DNA of 32,000 nucleotides from Candidatus Nanopusillus sp. (GTDB lineage Archaea; Nanobdellota; Nanobdellia; Nanobdellales; Nanobdellaceae), in contig JAPWTW010000002.1 in NCBI GenBank assembly GCA_028275885.1, forward strand, positions 53,256 through 85,255, given 5' to 3'. Positions 8,520-15,597 of the stretch are shown here, one piece after another. The stretch's first letter is position 1; every line of letters starts with the position of its first letter. The notes under the pieces are model-generated. The model did no database searches. It was not told the origin of the DNA and saw only the letters and a list, made by a program, of their open reading frames with translations. A program made the position numbers and the translations under genes.

Positions 8520-8734
8520 TGTATACTATAAGCTTTTCCAGTAAATTTTTTGCCACAATGTGTACAATACCATATTCCATAAGATAATCTCTTTACTGAT
8601 ATATTATTACAAAATGGACATTTTATTTTTTTATTTTTATATTTTTTCTCAATCTCAGCCAAATTTTCTCTTATTCTTTTTCCATATCTGGAACCAAATC
8701 TTGCAGCAGGACCTAATAATTTAGTATGACTCAT
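8516..8734 (-). CDS. rpl37ae: 50S ribosomal protein eL43 (L37ae)
   Basis: 72 aa. GPAARFGSRYGKRIR...CPFCNN...VKRLSYGIWYCTHCGKKFTGKAY is the classic L37ae zinc ribbon. Confidence 0.93.
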   Translation of the reverse strand: MSHTKLLGPAARFGSRYGKRIRENLAEIEKKYKNKKIKCPFCNNISVKRLSYGIWYCTHCGKKFTGKAYSIQ

Positions 8735-8777
8735 AATTTACATATATTTTAAAAATGTTTTATAAATATTGCATATT

Positions 8778-9287
8778 ATGGTATCTGTAAGAGATGTAAA
8801 TGGTCAAATGCTTGTAGAAAGATTAGCTAAATATTTATTTGAAAATTATAAAGATATAATAAAACCACCAAGTTGGGCATTTTTTATTAAAACAGGACCT
8901 GATAAAGAGAGAAATCCGGATTTTCCTCCAGATGTAGATTATAATGGTGGACCTGGATGGTGGTATTATAGAGCAGCATCGATTTTAAGAAAAGTATATT
9001 TATATGGACCGATTGGAGTTTCTAGACTAAGGAGAAAATATTCAGGATTAAGAAAAAGAGGAATGGAACCTGGAAAGGTTGTAAGAGGATATGGAAAACT
9101 AATAAGGGAAATATTACATCAATTAGAAAATGCTGGATTAGTTATGAAAGTTACTGAAGGAAGGAAAAAGGGAAGAGTTGTAACAAATAATGGAAGAAGT
9201 TTATTAGATAAATTAGCTAATGAAATATATAAAGAATTAAGTAATGAAAATAAGAATTTAATTGATTATATAAAGTCTATTTCATGA
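8778..9287 (+). CDS. rps19e: 30S ribosomal protein eS19 (S19e)
   Basis: VSVRDVNGQMLVERLAKYL...PSWAFFIKTG...WWYYRAASILRKVYLYGPIGVSRLRRKYSG matches S19e. The ORF track start at 8769 is a TTG, so I prefer the ATG at 8778. Confidence 0.9.
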   Translation: MVSVRDVNGQMLVERLAKYLFENYKDIIKPPSWAFFIKTGPDKERNPDFPPDVDYNGGPGWWYYRAASILRKVYLYGPIGVSRLRRKYSGLRKRGMEPGKVVRGYGKLIREILHQLENAGLVMKVTEGRKKGRVVTNNGRSLLDKLANEIYKELSNENKNLIDYIKSIS

Positions 9288-9754
9288 GGGGTATAAGTTT
9301 ATGGATTGAATTTTTAATATATACTGCATTTGCCCTTTCTATATTATCTTTAGTTATATATTTTGTTCATCTAACAATTCAAAACCAACAAGATGAATTA
9401 AACTTAAAATATATTGTAAATTTATTGACAAATTTAAATTATCAAATAGAAACAGTTGGATCTTGTTATTCATGTAATTATAAAGCTTATAATAATTTAC
9501 CATCAAAAACAATCATATATATTTATCCAGGAGAAATAATGTGTATATATTATTCTACTATAAATTATTCTTTACAAGTTCCACCATATATAAATTTAAA
9601 TATAACTAAATTATCTCTATATAATTATAAATACAATTTTACTATTAACACAATTCCATTTAATTTATTAAACAGTTCTAATATTACAGTTACAAATAAT
9701 TTATGTTTATTATTAAATAAAAATCAATCAGGTCTATATATTAGTTTATGTTAA
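9284..9754 (+). CDS. prepilin-like small surface protein (N-terminal MRG-ISLWIEF + hydrophobic helix, N/Y-rich, sequon-rich)
   Basis: 156-aa ORF in under 20% GC DNA, which cannot be chance. ATGA overlap with rps19e. The N-terminus MRGISLWIEFLIYTAFALSILSLVIYF resembles archaeal class III signal peptides ([KR]-[GAS] then a hydrophobic stretch). The ectodomain has several N-x-S/T sequons and 5 Cys. Confidence 0.6.
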   Translation: MRGISLWIEFLIYTAFALSILSLVIYFVHLTIQNQQDELNLKYIVNLLTNLNYQIETVGSCYSCNYKAYNNLPSKTIIYIYPGEIMCIYYSTINYSLQVPPYINLNITKLSLYNYKYNFTINTIPFNLLNSSNITVTNNLCLLLNKNQSGLYISLC

Positions 9755-10191
9755 ATACAAAAGAAATTAATATAATAACTATCAGAATTGCTTACATTAT
9801 AACAAAAACAAATCCAATTTGGTGGATTATATAAAATAAAGTTTTCATTACAATATTTTAATATACTTTTATTTACAACAAAATATCCATTAAAATAATA
9901 ACAACAATTTATATTATTTCCAGTACATTTTTGAATTGATAAATTATATGAAGATATACAAATAAAAGAAAAATTGTAATTAATATATTTTGTATAATTC
10001 TGAAAATATATTGTATAATTAGATATATAATTATACCCAAAATTTTGATATATGTATGTTATTTGATCTTCAAAATTTTTTCCTATTAAATTTGGATTAA
10101 TATTCTTTATTGGGGAAAGATTGTAATATGTAATAAAAGATAAGATAATAATAATTGCAATTGTTGCTAGTAATATATACTGTGATTTCAT
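9751..10191 (-). CDS. prepilin-like small surface protein (last gene of the ATPase operon)
   Basis: 146 aa. The N-terminus is MKSQYILLATIAIIIILSFITYY, followed by an N/Y/C-rich domain with N-x-S/T sites. ATGA overlap with the upstream gene and a TTAA stop shared with 9284-9754. Confidence 0.6.
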   Translation of the reverse strand: MKSQYILLATIAIIIILSFITYYNLSPIKNINPNLIGKNFEDQITYIYQNFGYNYISNYTIYFQNYTKYINYNFSFICISSYNLSIQKCTGNNINCCYYFNGYFVVNKSILKYCNENFILYNPPNWICFCYNVSNSDSYYINFFCI

Positions 10192-10508
10192 TTAAATATA
10201 ATCAATATATATGGATCAAAATAATTTTGGCCTGCATATAAATATTCAAATATTGGTTCATAATTTTGTATATATGTTGAATTTACTTGTTTTCCAAAAT
10301 AGCATATTGTAATATTGCTGTTTGTTAGATTTATTATTTCATAGATATATAGATTATTGTTACATGAAGTATTTAAGTAAATTAAATTATTTGGATCAAA
10401 AGTATAAATATTATAATTGTTAGATTTACTATAATAAGTATATAAAAAGAAAAATGTTAATAATATTATTGAAAATGCCAATTCTATTAGAATTATCCAA
10501 CTTCTCAT
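10188..10508 (-). CDS. prepilin-like small surface protein
   Basis: 106 aa. The N-terminus is MRSWIILIELAFSIILLTFFFLY, followed by an N/Y-rich domain (NTS, NLT, NIT, NST). ATGA overlaps on both sides. Confidence 0.6.
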   Translation of the reverse strand: MRSWIILIELAFSIILLTFFFLYTYYSKSNNYNIYTFDPNNLIYLNTSCNNNLYIYEIINLTNSNITICYFGKQVNSTYIQNYEPIFEYLYAGQNYFDPYILIIFK

Positions 10509-12718
10509 TTTATATATATTGTTAATTGATCTTTATATAATGTATTTACCATTGTATTATTTAAGATATATACATTAAAGTTTTCTGAATATATATAATT
10601 ATTTAAGATATTTCCTTGATATATTGTTCCATTAAATATTGTTATATTCAAATTACTAAAATAAAAATATGCATTTTGATAATTTTTTGATAAATTAATT
10701 AAATTATTTAAATTTATTGCATTTACTGTTTTAATATAATTTATTTCAATATATGGAATTTGGGTAGAAAATGCTAAATACAATGCTGTTTGTTTATCTA
10801 AATTTGGATTCGAATATAAATAGAAATAATAATCTAGATAATTATAATTATTATTCAATGTTGTATTTAAGAAATAAAGGTCATTATAGTTATCATATTG
10901 GGAGGCATAGGAAATATTTATTATAGAATTATAATTTGTATATAATATAGAATTTAAATACTTTGAGCAAAGAAAATTTTCAAAATATATTCTTAATATT
11001 ATACCATTTTCATATTCATAATAAAAATATCCATTATTTAAATTATTTATATCGAATATTTTATTATAAATATTAGTTGAGTTTAAAACAAAACCATAAC
11101 TATGTTGAGAAGTATTCCAAAATATCATATTATTTGAATTATAGTATTTTTGTGTACTAAATATATACCAATAAGTATTAGAAAATATTATATCCTTTAT
11201 TGATAGATTTGTAGAATTATATAAATATAATAAAGCTAATGAATCATTATAAACATAAGAAGTTAAATTATAAGGCTCATATTCAGAAGTATAAAATGAA
11301 AATCCAATTATTACATATGAAAGGCATTCATTTAGATAAGTCATTGGAATGGAGTAATATGTATTACCACGGATATTTATTAGATAAGAAAAATATGATA
11401 AATTATTATTATATATTGCAAAGTTATTGATGGAATTAGTTAATAAAATGCTTCCACTACCTAAATCATTATATTGAGAAAAATCATAAGTTATATTTGG
11501 ACCTATGATAAATTTATAATTATTAGTAAAATTTGGTTGATAAATTATTTTTATATTTGGTATTACATTATATGGAATTAAATTTATATAATATGCAGTA
11601 ATATTTCGACCGGATATTTGCAATTTAGCGTTGTTGTCATCATTATGACAATAATAAATATATAAAGAATTCGGATTTCCAGAAGATGGTAAATTTATAT
11701 TACAATTATCTCCTAATTTTATATAAGTATTATTAGATGACATTAAATTATTTTGAATATTAAATAGTATTAAATAGTTACCTTTAGGAATGTTATTATT
11801 GTAAGTAATTATAAAATTATTATATTGTATACATGAGCCTAAAAGGTATTGAGAACAAGAATAAATATTATCTCCAGGATTCATATATGAAATATTTATA
11901 GGAGTATTATTTGTCCAATATTGGCTAAACTGTTGATAATTTTGATAACTAAAATTATCATATACTGGAAATATTCTTTTTCCATCAATTGAATAACTAT
12001 TTGTCTCATTTATTGGAGAAATATTTAATATTATATAACCATATGGAGATATATTTAAACTAACCCAAATTCCATAAGAATTATTATTAAAACTATTGCA
12101 ATTTAAATTATTGTTTAAATAACAAAAATAATAATTATTTCCCTTCAAATCTTTTATAGATAGATTATAACCATTCTGTAGCCAATAAAAAATATCAGTA
12201 GAAGTTATAAATATGGGATAATTAGTTAAATTTTGACTTGACGGATTTGAAACATTTATTAAAATATATTGAGGTTGATTATTGCTTATATTAAAATTTA
12301 GAAAATTTGCATAAAAAAATATTCCAACATTTGGATCTAAATATGTATTATTTGTATTATTTAATACTCCAGAATAATTTGTTAAAAAAGATATATTTAA
12401 TGGATAATAGATTGGAAATGATGTACAAAAATCATTATATGCATTTTTATCAATTAAATCATCATATATTGAAGAATTTGGTAAACATTGATAATACATA
12501 GATAATGGTATTGAAACATTTAATGACAATAAATAATATTCACTTTCAATTGAATTTAATATATTATTTATATAGATATTATAATAATTTATTTGATCAT
12601 AATTATTAATATTATTTATTATATATTCTCTATACATTGTCAAATAGAATGTTAAAAATGAAATAAAAATTACTATTGCAATTATACCTTCTATTTCTTT
12701 TACTATCCCTCTAACCAT
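10505..12718 (-). CDS. large secreted/surface protein, Asn/Tyr/Ile-rich, with about 34 N-x-S/T sequons
   Basis: A 737-aa uninterrupted ORF in about 15% GC DNA. The N-terminus is MVRGIVKEIEGIIAIVIFISFLTFYL (signal anchor or class III-like). The rest is almost free of K/R/E/D and is dominated by N, Y, I, S, L. My manual count gives about 34 sequons. The start overlaps the ATPase gene by 16 nt. Confidence 0.65.
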   Translation of the reverse strand: MVRGIVKEIEGIIAIVIFISFLTFYLTMYREYIINNINNYDQINYYNIYINNILNSIESEYYLLSLNVSIPLSMYYQCLPNSSIYDDLIDKNAYNDFCTSFPIYYPLNISFLTNYSGVLNNTNNTYLDPNVGIFFYANFLNFNISNNQPQYILINVSNPSSQNLTNYPIFITSTDIFYWLQNGYNLSIKDLKGNNYYFCYLNNNLNCNSFNNNSYGIWVSLNISPYGYIILNISPINETNSYSIDGKRIFPVYDNFSYQNYQQFSQYWTNNTPINISYMNPGDNIYSCSQYLLGSCIQYNNFIITYNNNIPKGNYLILFNIQNNLMSSNNTYIKLGDNCNINLPSSGNPNSLYIYYCHNDDNNAKLQISGRNITAYYINLIPYNVIPNIKIIYQPNFTNNYKFIIGPNITYDFSQYNDLGSGSILLTNSINNFAIYNNNLSYFSYLINIRGNTYYSIPMTYLNECLSYVIIGFSFYTSEYEPYNLTSYVYNDSLALLYLYNSTNLSIKDIIFSNTYWYIFSTQKYYNSNNMIFWNTSQHSYGFVLNSTNIYNKIFDINNLNNGYFYYEYENGIILRIYFENFLCSKYLNSILYTNYNSIINISYASQYDNYNDLYFLNTTLNNNYNYLDYYFYLYSNPNLDKQTALYLAFSTQIPYIEINYIKTVNAINLNNLINLSKNYQNAYFYFSNLNITIFNGTIYQGNILNNYIYSENFNVYILNNTMVNTLYKDQLTIYIK

Positions 12719-14001
12719 AATCTCTTTCTAATTAAAGTTGGATCTGCACCTCCATGCCAAGAAACCCTTGGTTTTATTTGAACGGGATATATTTTTTCAG
12801 ATTTATCATCTAAAATTAAAGCAGCACCTTTTCTCTTTGGTAAATTTTCATTCATGTATATATCAATCTCCTGTGCAGTAAAATTCTTCATTATTTCATT
12901 TAAAGATTTTAAATCTCTCTCTGCAGTTACTCTATGTGATATAACTATATCGCTTTGAGTAATTACATCTGTATGCATTTTACTAGGTTGTTGCGTTGCT
13001 AATACCAATGTTATACCTGGTTGTCTTCCTTCTCTTATTATTTGTATTAAGGGTTCTGTTGCTGGTGTAACTGAATCATTTGGAATTGCTTCATGAGCTT
13101 CATCAATTGCAATCCATATTAATGGAAACTCTCTTGTACCTAATTCTTTTGAAATATATATTTCTTCTAATTCTTCTACTTTTCTATATATTAATCTTTG
13201 GTAAAATATTTTCTTAGATACTAATCCAATTACTAGATTTTTTACTGACCATCCACCAGTTATTGTAGTATATAATGATATATCTAATATATTTATATAA
13301 CCTGGTTTTGTTAAATTTCTTATATTTTCAGCTTTTTCAGAAAATATCCCCCAGCTATCCGCATTTTCGAAATATGTAGTTATAGCATTTTTAATATTAC
13401 TATCTATATCTAATTTTTCTGTATAACTTATTATATCCTGTATAGAATATCCATTATTATTTTCTTTCATCCTTTTTATAATTTTTTGTATATATAATGC
13501 AATATTTGATGTTGGATCCAAATTAAATGTTAAAACCCATTCAATTCCCGATAGATCTGAAGGATTTAATTGAAAAACATTATCTATAGGAACATTTATT
13601 TTTCTATATTCTTCTAACAAACCTTTAGGAACCAATATTCTGCAATTTTTTATTGATTTTGGCTTTAAACCCCATTTTTCTAATAATTCAGCATCTCTAT
13701 AATTCGGAAACTTCATTGTCCAAAATATCCCTGCTGTATCAAATATTAATCCAGAGAAATTATTTAATAGATCTTTTTCAAGATCTGATAAGCTTTCAAA
13801 TATTGAAGCCAATGTATAACTTTTTCCTTGTCCTCTTTTTCCTGCAATTAATATTAAATGTGGGAGATTTATATCTAAATAAACTGTATTTGCTAAAGAT
13901 AAAGCGTTTTCCATTTTTATATATTCTTTACCTATGAAAATTGAACCTTTTAATCCATATTTTTCTAAATCATCTAAAGATCTTCCTATAATAATATCCA
14001 T
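12703..14001 (-). CDS. FtsK/HerA-superfamily P-loop ATPase (COG0433/DUF87-like), with no predicted TM segment
   Basis: 432 aa. Walker A is LILIAGKRGQGKSYT and Walker B is LIWIAIDEAHEAI. LVLATQQPSKMHTDVITQSDIVISHRV matches the ATQRPS-type motif of FtsK/HerA pumps. The C-terminus is KGAALILDD...VQIKPRVSWHGG. Confidence 0.75.
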   Translation of the reverse strand: MDIIIGRSLDDLEKYGLKGSIFIGKEYIKMENALSLANTVYLDINLPHLILIAGKRGQGKSYTLASIFESLSDLEKDLLNNFSGLIFDTAGIFWTMKFPNYRDAELLEKWGLKPKSIKNCRILVPKGLLEEYRKINVPIDNVFQLNPSDLSGIEWVLTFNLDPTSNIALYIQKIIKRMKENNNGYSIQDIISYTEKLDIDSNIKNAITTYFENADSWGIFSEKAENIRNLTKPGYINILDISLYTTITGGWSVKNLVIGLVSKKIFYQRLIYRKVEELEEIYISKELGTREFPLIWIAIDEAHEAIPNDSVTPATEPLIQIIREGRQPGITLVLATQQPSKMHTDVITQSDIVISHRVTAERDLKSLNEIMKNFTAQEIDIYMNENLPKRKGAALILDDKSEKIYPVQIKPRVSWHGGADPTLIRKRLWLEG

Positions 14002-14038
14002 AAATTTTATGTAAATTTTTATAATTAATAAATTAATA

Positions 14039-14647
14039 ATGCAAAGTAAATATACAGCTTTATTAATTGGTAGATTTCAACCATTTCATATTGGTCATTT
14101 GAATAGTTTATGGAAAATTCTAGAAAAATATGATGTAAATAATATAAAAATTATTGTTGTTAGAAATGAAAATTCTAGATTAGATAGTAATCCAATACCA
14201 TTAGATGTCACAATAGATAATATATTAAAAGGTTTAGAGATGATATATGGAGAAAAATATAATATTGAAGTATATGGTATTTGCTATAAAAATTTAATTG
14301 ATCTCTTTGTTAAAATTGGAAATATTCTTAATTATAATAAATGTAAAGTAGATTACATAATAAATACTGGCGATATAAAGCGTTTAATAATGTTTAAAAT
14401 AGTTAGAATATTTTATAAAATAATTTATGATATAGATCTTAAGGTTATTTATAGTCCTAGAATTATTAGTGGAAAAGAAATTAGGGAAAATCTAAGAAAT
14501 GGAAATATAAAATATGTTAAATATATAGTTTATCCAGAAAAAGAAATAATAAATTATATTATGCACCCGCCGGGATTTGAACCCGGGTCGCGGGCTTGGA
14601 AGGCCCGCATCCTGCCACTAGACGACGGGTGCAATATATATTCTTAA
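14039..14647 (+). CDS. nadM: nicotinamide-nucleotide adenylyltransferase (archaeal NadM type); the last ~28 codons run antisense through tRNA-Gly
   Basis: ALLIGRFQPFHIGHL provides the (H/T)xGH cytidylyltransferase motif as in archaeal NMNAT, and ISGKEIRENLRNG is also present. There is no in-frame stop until 14645-14647. Confidence 0.8.
   Translation: MQSKYTALLIGRFQPFHIGHLNSLWKILEKYDVNNIKIIVVRNENSRLDSNPIPLDVTIDNILKGLEMIYGEKYNIEVYGICYKNLIDLFVKIGNILNYNKCKVDYIINTGDIKRLIMFKIVRIFYKIIYDIDLKVIYSPRIISGKEIRENLRNGNIKYVKYIVYPEKEIINYIMHPPGFEPGSRAWKARILPLDDGCNIYS
14562..14632 (-). tRNA. tRNA-Gly (anticodon UCC), no encoded CCA
   Basis: The reverse complement GCACCCGTCGTCTAGTGGCAGGATGCGGGCCTTCCAAGCCCGCGACCCGGGTTCAAATCCCGGCGGGTGC-A folds as a cloverleaf. 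It has a 7-bp acceptor stem, anticodon loop CU-UCC-AA, T arm CCGGG/TTCAAAT/CCCGG and discriminator A. It is about 71% GC. Confidence 0.92.
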
Positions 14648-14785
14648 ATAAAGTTAATATTATTAAACTTTGTAACCCCATTACATAATATTTTAATAAT
14701 GTAGAATAATGATGATTTTAGGTATACAATTCTTTAATTATTAAAGTATTTTATACTTTATAAAACATATTAAATATAATTAGTT

Positions 14786-15500
14786 ATGAACGATATTCCA
14801 AAACATATAGTAGTTATACCGGATGGTAATAGAAGATATGCAAGAAGATATAATTTACCTATATATGAAGCCTATAAAATAGGTTCTGAAAGGACTTTAG
14901 AATTTCTAAATTGGTGTATGGAATTTGGTATAAAGGTTGTTACATTTTTTGTTATTTCATATGATAATTTCCTAAAAAGATCAAAGGAAGATGTAGATGC
15001 TGTATTAAGATTATTAAGAGAAAACTAAAAAAAGATAAGAGAATATAATAATATTATTGAAGATAATGTAAAAATAAAAATAATTGGTAGAATGCATCTT
15101 TTACCAGACGATATTCAAAAAGAAATAAAATTAGTAGAAGATTTAACAAAAAATAATTCTGGATATTATTTAAATTTAACAGTTGTATATGGGAGTAGGC
15201 AAGAGATAATTGATGGTATTAAAAGATTATTTGAAGATTTTAAAAAAGGTATTATAGATATTAATAACTTGGATGAATCATTATTTATGAGATATTTATA
15301 TTTTGGTGATGAAATTCCATACCCAGAGCCAGATTTAATAATAAGGACAAGTGGAACATAGAATAAGTAATTATCTATTATATCAATCCGCATATTCTGA
15401 ATTATATTTTATAGAAAAATATTGGCCAGAAATTACAAAAGAAGATTTTATAAATGCAATCGAATGGTATAAGAAAAGAGAAAGGAGATTCGGTAAATAA
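14786..15500 (+). pseudogene. uppS: undecaprenyl/di-trans,poly-cis-polyprenyl diphosphate synthase (UppS family), broken by one in-frame TAA and one frameshift
   Basis: There are three collinear pieces. HIVVIPDGNRRYA...LLREN stops at TAA 15026-15028 and continues in the same frame as KKIREYNNIIEDNVKIKIIGRMHLLP...DLIIRTSG. The frame then shifts near 15353-15356 to [19 protein letters not shown]...RERRFGK* (stop 15498-15500). All UppS signature motifs are intact. Confidence 0.8.
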
Positions 15501-15572
15501 TGGACCCGCCGGGATTTGAACCCGGGATCTCCGGCTAGCCAGGCCGACATCCTACGACTAGACTACGGGCCC
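15501..15572 (-). tRNA. tRNA-Ala (anticodon GGC), no encoded CCA
   Basis: The reverse complement GGGCCCGTAGTCTAGTCGTAGGATGTCGGCCTGGCTAGCCGGAGATCCCGGGTTCAAATCCCGGCGGGTCC-A folds as a cloverleaf. It has the G3:U70 Ala identity pair, anticodon loop CU-GGC-UA and discriminator A. Confidence 0.92.
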
Positions 15573-15597
15573 AATAAATTTTAAATATCCTTTAAGT

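Noticed and set aside
14671-14685. A small hairpin TGTAA-CCCCA-TTACA between the nadM stop and uppS, upstream of tRNA-Gly.
   Set aside because: It has only 5 A/T-rich base pairs, which is too weak and too short to interpret. It may belong to the tRNA-Gly promoter region or be chance.
14563-15525. A 23-nt identical segment (ACCCGCCGGGATTTGAACCCGGG) in both tRNA genes, considered as possible att-like direct repeats flanking an inserted element.
   Set aside because: The shared segment is simply the T arm plus the 3' acceptor strand of two G/C-rich tRNAs. No integrase or other mobile-element gene lies between or beside them.
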